A stretch of DNA of 32,000 nucleotides, from positions 1 to 32,000 of the forward strand of contig NZ_CP064927.1 of NCBI RefSeq assembly GCF_018336915.1, written 5' to 3'. A program made the position numbers and the translations under genes. The notes beneath the pieces are model-generated. The model ran no database searches, was not told where the DNA came from, and worked only from the letters and a program-made list of their open reading frames with translations. Source of the DNA: Acaryochloris marina S15 (GTDB lineage: Bacteria > Cyanobacteriota > Cyanobacteriia > Thermosynechococcales > Thermosynechococcaceae). Shown piece by piece: positions 15,761 through 23,764 of this stretch (position 1 is the first letter of the stretch; each line of letters starts with the position of its first letter).

Positions 15761-17567
15761 CGCTCATATCCTCCTGTTCGTCTACATCAGTGGTTTTATC
15801 TGCCTGGGTATCATCAGTGCCTTCCTCTGCGTCAATTTCAGCGGCTTCTTGTTCGATGGCATAGTAGTCTTCTGGTGGTAGTAGATCCTCGGCGGCTGCG
15901 GCTCTATTCTCCATTGCCACTTGGATATTGATATCCCCAAAGTGCTTCTGATGTTCTTCTTGTAAGCTGGGCAGAATATCCTCTCGCCATGCGACTTCAC
16001 ACTGCTTCCGAATCTTGGCTTGGGGACTGTTCTCGTCATAGGGAAGCTGGGTCTTCTCGTAGATGATTGGGTGGCCGTTGGTGGAGGCATCGACGATGAT
16101 GCATTGCCCTGGTTTCTTCATGGCGTCTAGGCGATCTGCGGTCATCAAATCCACTTGCTGAAAGCTGTCGTTGCGACTTCTGGAATGGTTGGAACCAAAG
16201 GACTCGTTTTCTGTGGTGCTGATGATGGTTTTCTTGCCTAAGCGATTGGCGATGACTTGATTGCTTTTATAGGATCCTTGGTTCATATAGATCCGGGTTG
16301 GCAGGTTAGCGGCGATGCTTTCCCAGCGTTTCTCGCCATAGAGTTCCTGCATCTGTTCTTCTTGCTGATAAATCATCCACATCAAGAGACCATTTTGCCG
16401 TCCGAGGGCTGACCATTTCTTGGCATCAGGATAGAGGGTGAAACTGGCTTCTTCGATGATCACGCCGAGATTGTTCTGGCGTCTGCGGGTATAGCTGATG
16501 TTGCGCTTGATCAGCATATGTTGGGCAGCGGCTAAATAGGTCTTGGTGGCTTCTAGCTGGTCTTCGTTGATGCGGAAGAAGATGGCTTGTTTACCTGTGA
16601 GGTCTAAGGGAATGGTGGTCTTGGTCATGCATTTAGCAATCTCGGGGTCGAGGAATTGCACCCAGTTCTGGCTAGCGGTGGATTGAATGGTGGGGCCTGG
16701 GTTGGCACTGCTGGAGCTGTTGGCGACGGTTCTTAGTCCTCGACTCAGGTGAGTCATAAAGTAGGGAAGTCCTTTTCCCATTTTGTCGTTGTCTTTGGCT
16801 GCGGCTAGGCGTTCGGCGATGTTGTTGAGACCCATTAGTTCCCAGACCATGAGCATGTCGGCATATTCACTGCTTTTAGCTCCCAGCATCATGGACTGTT
16901 GCATAAGGTCAGACTGGGGACCAAAGTATTGATGTCTACGCTCATAGTTCTCGACGGCGTTGATGTTGATGCCTCGGGTCAGTTCAAGGGTGCCTGCAAG
17001 GTCTTCTTCACTCTCGATCAGGTCGAGGAGGTTGAGGCCACCGGAGAAGGGGAGCCTTTCTGCGGAGTATTTTGATTCTTCTTTGATGCCTGGGGCGAGA
17101 AAGTGGATGTCATAGCCCAGGTCGTGGAGATAGGCGGCTGTTTTCTCCATCAGTTCACCTTTGATGTCACCGATGACCATTGCGGCCCCATCTTCGGCTA
17201 GGGATTCGATCAGGCGAAGGGCAAAGTTTGCGGTCTTTCCACCACCGCTTTTACCTGAGACGAGGCCACCAGGGTTGACGGGTCCAAGGGTGATGCCTGT
17301 TTCTGGGTTGAGTTGGATCGCGGATTTTTCAATGTCGCCTTCAGCTCGGATCAGTTTGGCTTTGTTGGACCCTTCTTTGATTTCTTTGGGGGTGGCTTCT
17401 CTGGCGTTTGGCATTCCCTCGGGAATTTGAGTTCTGCGTTTGTTGAGGGTGCCCAGCCAGATGATAAAGACGAGGCTGAGGAAGCCTACGGTGAGCCAGC
17501 CGTAGTTGAGGGGGATGTTGTGGAACCCTCTGTAGTCTGATGAGGGTTGGGTGGTTTGTTGGGGCAT
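15750..17567 (-). CDS. Type IV coupling protein (VirD4/TraG/TraD-like conjugative ATPase)
   Basis: An N-terminal TM segment (WLTVGFLSLVFIIWLG) is followed by Walker A GKSGGGKT and a Walker-B-like GVIIEEASF. The size is about 600 aa and the strongly acidic C-terminal tail (EEGTDDTQADKTTDVDEQEDMSDAA) resembles T4CP tails. The gene sits next to a relaxase locus. Confidence 0.75.
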   Translation of the reverse strand: MPQQTTQPSSDYRGFHNIPLNYGWLTVGFLSLVFIIWLGTLNKRRTQIPEGMPNAREATPKEIKEGSNKAKLIRAEGDIEKSAIQLNPETGITLGPVNPGGLVSGKSGGGKTANFALRLIESLAEDGAAMVIGDIKGELMEKTAAYLHDLGYDIHFLAPGIKEESKYSAERLPFSGGLNLLDLIESEEDLAGTLELTRGININAVENYERRHQYFGPQSDLMQQSMMLGAKSSEYADMLMVWELMGLNNIAERLAAAKDNDKMGKGLPYFMTHLSRGLRTVANSSSSANPGPTIQSTASQNWVQFLDPEIAKCMTKTTIPLDLTGKQAIFFRINEDQLEATKTYLAAAQHMLIKRNISYTRRRQNNLGVIIEEASFTLYPDAKKWSALGRQNGLLMWMIYQQEEQMQELYGEKRWESIAANLPTRIYMNQGSYKSNQVIANRLGKKTIISTTENESFGSNHSRSRNDSFQQVDLMTADRLDAMKKPGQCIIVDASTNGHPIIYEKTQLPYDENSPQAKIRKQCEVAWREDILPSLQEEHQKHFGDINIQVAMENRAAAAEDLLPPEDYYAIEQEAAEIDAEEGTDDTQADKTTDVDEQEDMSDAA

Positions 17568-17601
17568 ACAAAAATCCCGCTAGAGAGCTAGTTCTAACGG
17601 G

Positions 17602-17633
17602 AACATAGGCAGATTGTATGGTGGGGTGCAAAT
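17602..17633 (-). promoter_or_regulatory. Copy B of the conserved 32-nt promoter/operator motif
   Basis: In the sense orientation it reads ATTTGCACCCCACCATACAATCTGCCTATGTT. It ends 34 nt upstream of the ATG at 17567 and is immediately followed by the palindrome CCCGcTAGA-N8-TCTAaCGGG (17576-17601). Confidence 0.6.
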
Positions 17634-17691
17634 TCTATTGATTACGGAAGGCTTGGATGAATTTATCGGTAATTTCTTTACCCAGAACTTT

Positions 17692-17955
17692 TTAGTAGTC
17701 TTGGAGAGTTGGTAGAAGGCCAGAAAGGTCTATGAAGACCAACTTACATAAATCTTGATCATTGGTGGTAACCAGTGTATCTGGCATCCCTTTGGGGATT
17801 TTGGTTTTAGACTTTGAGGCTGTAGTTGCATTAAAAACCAAAAACGCCAGCATTATCGCGCCCATGATCACAATGGTTTGGATAGACCAAAAAGACTGCC
17901 TGGGTTGCACAGGCTTAGGTGGGGGTGACGCTGGCTGTTCGATATGTTTTGACAT
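17692..17955 (-). CDS. Small 87-aa single-TM protein
   Basis: ATG start, a Pro-rich N-terminus and the TM segment IVIMGAIMLAFLVF. The post-TM motif KIPKGMPD resembles QIPEGMPN after the TM helix of the T4CP. Confidence 0.5.
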   Translation of the reverse strand: MSKHIEQPASPPPKPVQPRQSFWSIQTIVIMGAIMLAFLVFNATTASKSKTKIPKGMPDTLVTTNDQDLCKLVFIDLSGLLPTLQDY

Positions 17956-18004
17956 AAGCCGAGGTAGTATCTACGCGACACATATTTGGCCTATCGGTGG
18001 TATT

Positions 18005-18038
18005 AAAAAAAACCCCTGATGCCTCACCAAGGTTTTTT
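18005..18038 (-). terminator. Candidate (bidirectional) intrinsic terminator after the hydrolase/123-aa gene pair
   Basis: The plus strand reads AAAAAAAA-CCCCTGATGCCTCACCAAGG-TTTTTT. The minus RNA can form CCUUG/CAGGG (one G:U pair) plus outer A:U pairs, followed by a U8 run. It starts 5 nt after the stop at 18043. Confidence 0.45.
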
Positions 18039-18042
18039 AAAA

Positions 18043-18414
18043 TTAACGTTGCTGCTTGAAAGCTTCTGTTATCTTCCGGTTAACCTCGGGGCCTAGCTTT
18101 TCGTTGTATACGCGCTCGTCAGGGAAAGATCCCATTTGATAAGTCAGAAGCTTTTCACAGCCCCCGCTCGCATCCGTTCTGATGTAAACCATACCATCAG
18201 CTTCCATGTCCGGGCGAGGTGCAACGAATGTCTGTTTTATGGCGTGGTATTGACTGCCCGCATGATCGACGGTCACCAGCAAAGAAGCGCTTTCCGGTGC
18301 ATCCTCAGACCGCTTAAAAAGCGAGTTGATGCAAGCCTCCGCTGCGGGACTGGCCTTAGCGGGTAGGGCTGAGCTAAGGCCAAACAAAAGTAGAGTTGCA
18401 AAGAGTTTTTTCAT
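18043..18414 (-). CDS. Secreted 123-aa hypothetical protein
   Basis: Signal-like N-terminus MKKLFATLLLFGLSSALPAKA. It starts 5 nt after the stop of the 1100-aa hydrolase gene, so co-transcription is likely. Confidence 0.6.
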   Translation of the reverse strand: MKKLFATLLLFGLSSALPAKASPAAEACINSLFKRSEDAPESASLLVTVDHAGSQYHAIKQTFVAPRPDMEADGMVYIRTDASGGCEKLLTYQMGSFPDERVYNEKLGPEVNRKITEAFKQQR

Positions 18415-18419
18415 TGTGA

Positions 18420-21400
18420 TTACCGTGGAACGTTGTAAGTCTTAAGGGCTGGGAGGTTGATATGCTTCCGAGGGTTGACGACGGTGCCAGAGTCGCGATC
18501 ACCGGTAACATATCCCTCAATCACGCCAAGGTCAATATGGGGGCCGGTGGATAATCCAGTGCTGCCCACTTCGCCAATGAGCTGCCCTGGACTCACCGTA
18601 TCACCTGCTTTTACGTAGTTGACTTTATTGTGAGCATACCAAGTCGCCAGCCCGTTGCCGTGGTCAATTAAGATCCAGTTTCCGTAATTACCATTATAAA
18701 AGCTCTCGACAACCGTCCCTCCGTCTGCAGCCGCGAAGGGTGTCCCGGCATAGTGGGCTAAGTCAATCCCACTGTGGAAGCTATTGCCCCCGTTCTTGGG
18801 GTGAATCCGTGGCCCATAATTACTGCTTAGGAGATAATCATGCTTGGCTAATGGGTCCGACAGCCGACCGGATGCAACGCCAGATCCAGGCACAAAATTA
18901 CTGCTGTCTATATTGCCTGCACTTGCCAACAACGCAGGATTACACCGCTGTGCATTCGTATTGATCGCAGCCAACAATGGGTTCTGCCCTGCATCCCCAT
19001 TCGGACCATATTGAGCCAAGATTGCCGGGTCTTTCCATATGTCATGCTGTTCAGCTCCCCCCGGCAGGCTCGTAAACTGGCCGTATTTGGTTTTCCCAGG
19101 AACGGGCCGACCTAGCAGTAGATCAGCGGTGGCAAAGTCACCAGCCTCAATCAGGCCCATGATATCGGTCCCTATTTGACCCGAGAAGTCCTGAATCAAG
19201 GCCACTGCCGCCTGATCGCGTTCGGCTTTATTCGTTGACCAGGCATCTACCCCATACCGATCCAATATCGTCTTTCGTGTCTCAGGAATAAACTGATATT
19301 CCCCATACGCTCCGGTATCAGGATGGGCGTCAATATCCGTCCCCCCCGACGATTCACCCAAGGCAATGCGGGCGAGATACTGTCTGAGATTATGTTGAGG
19401 ATCAGATGGGGTTGAAGCTGTGCTTCCTTGTTGGCTGCTCACAGCCCCTGGTTGACCCGGTATACCCGTCAATTGTGGGGCACCACTTGAGCCATCAATC
19501 GGTTGAAGGACGCCATTGGATGACGCAGTAGTACCTTGATTCTGACTCCCAGCCGCATTCGCAAAGGTCTGTTGCGCCTGACTGGTCCCTACAAACCGCC
19601 AGTGCCAAGGCTCAAATATAACGCCTTGGCTATTCCCCTGGGGAAATGACAACTCAAACCCGTACTTCCCGGCATTGGCTTGCATCCAGGCATATTCAGG
19701 TGTCTGTGCCCAAGACTCATTCAGGCTGGCATTCTGGTTGTTGCCTACATCCACCGCTAGACCCGTGTGGTGCTCACTATATCCAGGTGGAGCAACTGAC
19801 TTGGCAACTTCTTCAGCAGATTGGTTCGCCAACTTTCTATCCCAATTAGCCTGCTGATGAGACACGGATCGGAAGCCTGAGACTGCTTTAATATCTAATC
19901 CCTGAGCAGCCGCATCTGCTCTCAGTTGCTCAAAGGCTTGGGCGGCTTCTGGGGCTAGGGTTTCCTGAACGCCATCGACGGAGGTCACGTTTTGAAGCTG
20001 TCCGGTCGTCTCTGCATAGGCTAAGTGACCATAGAGAGATTGATTATCCGGTGGAGGACTACTCTTGGCTGCGGTATTCCCCCCTAAGAAGTCAGGGGCT
20101 TGGCAGAAGTTAATGGTTCTCGCTTTCTCGTTAATCCCTGGAAAGTAGTCTTGGACTTTACGCCGAGCCAGGATCGGGAAGATGCCCCCGACTTTGACTT
20201 TCCACGGGGTTTTGAAGCTGAAGATATGAGCGGTGCAGTGCTTCTCAAATAGGATGGTGACGCAGATCTGAAAGTCTACCCATAGCCGAGCTTCTGCGGG
20301 TTTATCATCGTATTCGGTGATATTTCCCAGGCTGAATTTGGTGAGGGAGCCATTGCCAAAGGGCTTAATGCCTGCTCGTTCCTTATTGCCAAACAGGCAG
20401 AGAAAGCCTTTGCATCCGGGGACTTCCTGATCTCGACTCATCCACTCTTTTCCCAGAAGTGGATCACCGAGAATGGTGGTCCCTGGTTCTAGGGGTGCCA
20501 TCTCAAACCGGGGAAACCCTCTTTTGGGTCGCTTGCTTCTGCTAGTGGCACTCTTGATGCCATGCTCTGGTTTGAATTTTCCGTCAGGGGTGCCGCCACT
20601 GATGGGTCTTCCATAATGTTCTTCTGCTCCATCTTGACCACTATGGGCGATATCGAACCGACCAAAGATATCCCCGGCAAGGATATTGAAGATGATCGGG
20701 GCGACGATGGAGCCAAGGGCGGTATCACCGAGGCCAGGGACGGAGCTTAGGATCTTGTCTTCTATGCCGGGGAATCGCTCTAGGGCCAGGTCTGCGAGTT
20801 GGGGTAAGGCTTGGTCTAAGGGCTGATTGGCAATATGGACGATGCCACCGATGGGCACTTGCTTGAGTTCGGGGAATTCTTTGATGACTTCGTTGAGGGT
20901 GAAGTTTTGGATTTCATCAATGGCATAGGCTTGGGCGCGTTGCCGTGCGGATTCCCAGTTGCCTTCGATGACTTCGATGGTGAGAGAGCCAACGGGTAAT
21001 CGGTGCAGCTCTGGGGGAAGGTCATTGCCAATCTCTCGAAGTAAGACTTGTTCGCCTTCTTTGATGGCCCCTTTCCAGTCGCCATCTAGGAGGTCTTCAA
21101 AGGGAATATCTTTGAGGGCGGGATTCTTGTTCAGTTCGTTGATCAGGACTTTCTTGCCTGTACTCAGGGCATTGCGTTGAAGCTGTTTCTGGGCACCTGT
21201 GGGGTCGAGGACGACTCCAACGACGGCTTGGAATAGGGGAGCGGAGTCTTTGAGTTTGATATCGCCGTTGTTGTAAATGTCTTTGACCTGTTCAAGGTTA
21301 AGGCCATTGACTAGTTCAATCTGGCTGATGGGCACTCCTCCGATATCAGTACCAATAGCATTGTTAAAGTCTCTAAGACTGTGTTTAGTGAAGCCTGCAA

Positions 21401-21722
21401 ACTGAGGGTTTTGCTTTAAGTCTCCAAATTTGATGATTTTGTCTGGGGTGGCTCCTGCGGGCCAAGCTCGGTTGGGATCATAGTTGAGGTTAGGGTCATC
21501 GACGACGACCCAACCGGGAGAGTTGGCACCGGGGAGATGGGAGAAGGAAACCCCTTGGGCTTCAGGGGGTGGATCGTAGATTAGCCCAGGAACGTTGGCG
21601 AGTTCTGGGGCGGGATAGTACCCGACTGGCTGGGCTTGACTCCAGACGGGAAGGGTCTGGGAGGCTGCGATCACGATGGAGGCGATGAGGGTAGGACATC
21701 GCTTGAGAACATTGAGGGTCAC
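18420..21722 (-). CDS. Secreted 1100-aa multi-domain peptidoglycan hydrolase: unknown N-terminal half, then a VanY/M15B D-Ala-D-Ala carboxypeptidase-like domain, a lysozyme/lytic-transglycosylase-like domain and an M23 peptidase domain
   Basis: GTG start at 21722 and signal-like N-terminus (LIASIVIAASQTLPVWSQA). M15B-type motifs are SGFRSVSHQ, PGYSEHHTGLAVDV and FEPWHWRF. The transglycosylase-like part is IALGESSGGTDI...GAYGEYQF. M23 motifs are HSGIDLA, GTVV, ILIDHGNG..T.YAH and GSTGLSTGPHIDLGV. Confidence 0.85.
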   Translation of the reverse strand: MTLNVLKRCPTLIASIVIAASQTLPVWSQAQPVGYYPAPELANVPGLIYDPPPEAQGVSFSHLPGANSPGWVVVDDPNLNYDPNRAWPAGATPDKIIKFGDLKQNPQFAGFTKHSLRDFNNAIGTDIGGVPISQIELVNGLNLEQVKDIYNNGDIKLKDSAPLFQAVVGVVLDPTGAQKQLQRNALSTGKKVLINELNKNPALKDIPFEDLLDGDWKGAIKEGEQVLLREIGNDLPPELHRLPVGSLTIEVIEGNWESARQRAQAYAIDEIQNFTLNEVIKEFPELKQVPIGGIVHIANQPLDQALPQLADLALERFPGIEDKILSSVPGLGDTALGSIVAPIIFNILAGDIFGRFDIAHSGQDGAEEHYGRPISGGTPDGKFKPEHGIKSATSRSKRPKRGFPRFEMAPLEPGTTILGDPLLGKEWMSRDQEVPGCKGFLCLFGNKERAGIKPFGNGSLTKFSLGNITEYDDKPAEARLWVDFQICVTILFEKHCTAHIFSFKTPWKVKVGGIFPILARRKVQDYFPGINEKARTINFCQAPDFLGGNTAAKSSPPPDNQSLYGHLAYAETTGQLQNVTSVDGVQETLAPEAAQAFEQLRADAAAQGLDIKAVSGFRSVSHQQANWDRKLANQSAEEVAKSVAPPGYSEHHTGLAVDVGNNQNASLNESWAQTPEYAWMQANAGKYGFELSFPQGNSQGVIFEPWHWRFVGTSQAQQTFANAAGSQNQGTTASSNGVLQPIDGSSGAPQLTGIPGQPGAVSSQQGSTASTPSDPQHNLRQYLARIALGESSGGTDIDAHPDTGAYGEYQFIPETRKTILDRYGVDAWSTNKAERDQAAVALIQDFSGQIGTDIMGLIEAGDFATADLLLGRPVPGKTKYGQFTSLPGGAEQHDIWKDPAILAQYGPNGDAGQNPLLAAINTNAQRCNPALLASAGNIDSSNFVPGSGVASGRLSDPLAKHDYLLSSNYGPRIHPKNGGNSFHSGIDLAHYAGTPFAAADGGTVVESFYNGNYGNWILIDHGNGLATWYAHNKVNYVKAGDTVSPGQLIGEVGSTGLSTGPHIDLGVIEGYVTGDRDSGTVVNPRKHINLPALKTYNVPR

Positions 21723-21809
21723 TAACAGAAATCCCCTGTAGATGGGCTACAGAGGAAACATAGGCAGGATGGCCTTTGAGGTGCAAATTTGTTGGTATAT
21801 CAGGGGTTG
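21718..21809. repeat. Left copy of a 92-bp direct repeat (promoter copy C, leader and GTG start of the hydrolase gene)
   Basis: A gapless by-eye alignment to 23673-23764 gives 82/92 identical. The offset is 1955 bp. Confidence 0.9.
21757..21788 (-). promoter_or_regulatory. Copy C of the conserved 32-nt promoter/operator motif
   Basis: In the sense orientation it reads ATTTGCACCTCAAAGGCCATCCTGCCTATGTT. It ends 34 nt upstream of the GTG at 21722 and is followed by the palindrome CCCCTGTAG-atggg-CTACAGAGG (21733-21755). Confidence 0.6.
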
Positions 21810-21880
21810 ATAGACTACATCTTTCTATCAAGATTGGGAAATGACCCACCATTAATCCTGATAGAGAACAGTGAATCGAT

Positions 21881-22726
21881 TTAGCCAAATACTTGGACTT
21901 CCACGAGCACATTCACAAAATCATCAGTCGATTGAATGTCACTGAAGAACAAAGAATCTCTCCACACCAATCTGACATCATGTTGATTACTAAAAGCCAT
22001 GCGAAGCATTTCAAGAAGACTTTCTTCATCGGGAGAAGGCTGAAAAATGGGCAGGTACACATCCTCCGTTGAACCTTCTGTTCGCACTCTGACAAAGTGG
22101 AGCATCCGGTCTCTAACAATTTCGCTAATGGACCGGATTTGAGTACGATCTCCAACTCTTCTTGTGTCCTGGTTATTAGGAAATCGATTTTTCTCTAAAT
22201 TGTATAGTGCTCGCGTTGGATCAAGAGGATATGAATTTTCAGAATTACCAAGAAGTGGCACCACCATCTCTGGAAGCCATCTCATCTCAAAATGAAGATG
22301 TTCAGGAGCATCTAATGGCCCAACTTCTGCAATTTGTTCACCAGCCACAACAGTTTGATTAATATTAACCAGTGGGTTTCTTAGATGAAGATATCGACTA
22401 ATTATCCCGGAGGCTAAAGGGTCATGCTGAATTGCAATAATGGTTCCACCAGGGATATCATTTATCAAAATGACTCTACCATCTGCAACTGCAAATACGG
22501 GTTCACCTTCATCTGCCAGCAAATCTACACCTTCATGTATACGTGCTAATCCACCATCAGATAGACTTGCTCTCCGTACCCCAAATAAGCCTAAGCTATC
22601 ATTTGTTCGTAATCTCAACGGTAACGTACTAAATGGTTCTGGAGTTGTTGACCTATTGAGATCCATAGGAGGAGCAATCAGAATTTCAATAGGGCCAAAT
22701 GGTATTCCTACATTCATAATTTTCAT
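21881..22726 (-). CDS. M23 (LytM-type) metallopeptidase-domain protein without an obvious signal peptide, plus an unknown ~100-aa C-terminal domain
   Basis: HxxxD motif IHEGVDLLA, then PVFAVADGRV, IIAIQHD, YLHL, GEQIAEVG and the HxH motif EHLHFEM. The N-terminus MKIMNVGIPFGPIEILIAPPMD is not signal-like. The gene is AT-rich. Confidence 0.75.
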   Translation of the reverse strand: MKIMNVGIPFGPIEILIAPPMDLNRSTTPEPFSTLPLRLRTNDSLGLFGVRRASLSDGGLARIHEGVDLLADEGEPVFAVADGRVILINDIPGGTIIAIQHDPLASGIISRYLHLRNPLVNINQTVVAGEQIAEVGPLDAPEHLHFEMRWLPEMVVPLLGNSENSYPLDPTRALYNLEKNRFPNNQDTRRVGDRTQIRSISEIVRDRMLHFVRVRTEGSTEDVYLPIFQPSPDEESLLEMLRMAFSNQHDVRLVWRDSLFFSDIQSTDDFVNVLVEVQVFG

Positions 22727-22970
22727 TTATATAAAGCGTGTGTTGGGAAAACTAACTTATTGAGTTTTCTATTTATATTTCTGATTACTTCCCTAAATTT
22801 ATGTCTATTGAATAAAAAATTTACATTTTCAAAATATCCAAACAGTAATTACCTAAATATGGATACTTGAAATTATTTTGATCACATGAATATCTTTGGC
22901 AATATATGAATAGCACTAACAAAAGATTTTCAACCCAATTGACATTTAATTGCTTTGATATAGAACTAGT

Positions 22971-23005
22971 AATAAAATCCCTCCCATGTCATATGTTGGG
23001 AGGGA
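22971..23005 (-). terminator. Intrinsic terminator specific to the minus strand, inside the M23/SUKH divergent intergenic region
   Basis: The 9-bp stem is TCCCTCCCA (22978-22986) / TGGGAGGGA (22997-23005) with a 10-nt loop. In the minus-strand RNA the stem is followed by UUUUAUU (plus-strand aataaaa, 22971-22977). The plus strand has no T tail. Confidence 0.6.
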
Positions 23006-23131
23006 GAAGAATGCATAATCTTAGAATAAGTCGAAGAGTAGACAAACTCTTTAGTTTAGGCCGGTCAACTCACTAGCGCCAATACAACCTCACTACCAAA
23101 CCGCCATTACTGCGTTACGTTCCTATTGATC

Positions 23132-23671
23132 ATGCTTGTTGAAAAAGTTGAAGCCAAATTCCCGCCCGGTGTTTCGATGCCAAGGCCAATTCGCTGCTTA
23201 TGCAACTTCTTGGACAAGCACGGTTACCCGATCAGTGGCTGCTTCGAAATCAGTACGATTGGCGATGATGACATGGCAGCTTGGTTTCCAAACGACGAGA
23301 CGATGCAGCATCAGTTTGCCGTCTTCGGTCGTGGCTCTACGGGATCTGTTTATGCTCTTTGGCTTCGGGGGACTCAAGATGCTGAATCTGCCCCAGTCAT
23401 CGTTCTAGGATCTGAGGGAGAACTGCTTGTTCTTGCAGTAAATTCACTAGAATTCTGCCGTCTATTGGGCTGTGGATACAACGAATTAGAGTGGGATGAT
23501 CTCACCCAAGAATCATCGGAGTGGGACACTGCTCAACTGTTACGAGATTGGCTTACTGCTACTTTAAATGTCGAGTGTCCTACAAAGGGTGGCTCTATTG
23601 TCTCTACTGCTCAGAAACAATATTCTGACTTTCCTAGTTTTGTTCAGCAGTGGCAAAGCGCAAACCTGTGA
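23132..23671 (+). CDS. SMI1/KNR4 (SUKH-superfamily)-like protein, a possible immunity-type protein
   Basis: The ATG at 23132 gives MLVEKVEAKF. The ORF-track start at 23126 is a TTG. The pattern ...LCNFLDKHGYPISG....FAVFGRGSTGSVYALWL....APVIVLGSEGELLVLAVNSLEFCRLL resembles SUKH/SMI1_KNR4 domains as I remember them. There is no signal peptide. Confidence 0.5.
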   Translation: MLVEKVEAKFPPGVSMPRPIRCLCNFLDKHGYPISGCFEISTIGDDDMAAWFPNDETMQHQFAVFGRGSTGSVYALWLRGTQDAESAPVIVLGSEGELLVLAVNSLEFCRLLGCGYNELEWDDLTQESSEWDTAQLLRDWLTATLNVECPTKGGSIVSTAQKQYSDFPSFVQQWQSANL

Positions 23672-23672
23672 T

Positions 23673-23764
23673 GTCACAAACAAGAATCCTCTGTAGATGG
23701 GCTACTAAGGAAACATAGGAAGAATGGCCTGTGAGGTGCAAATTTGTTGGTAAATCAGGGGTTG
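23673..23764. repeat. Right copy of the 92-bp direct repeat (orphan promoter copy D, leader and retained GTG)
   Basis: See 21718-21809. It begins 2 nt after the TGA stop (23669-23671) of the SUKH-like gene. Confidence 0.9.
23712..23743 (-). promoter_or_regulatory. Copy D of the conserved motif, an orphan with no downstream same-strand gene that points antisense into the SUKH-like gene
   Basis: In the sense orientation it reads ATTTGCACCTCACAGGCCATTCTTCCTATGTT. No minus-strand ORF of 60 aa or more lies between it and the terminator at 22971-23005. Confidence 0.5.

Noticed and set aside
21562-21912. 116-aa minus-strand ORF across the hydrolase start
   Set aside because: It runs through promoter copy C and the 92-bp repeat, and it overlaps both the hydrolase N-terminus and the M23 gene 3' end.
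23564-23677. 37-codon ORF after the GTG retained in orphan repeat copy D
   Set aside because: It is antisense to the SUKH-like CDS, and similarity to the hydrolase N-terminus stops right after the start codon. It is probably a relic rather than a gene.
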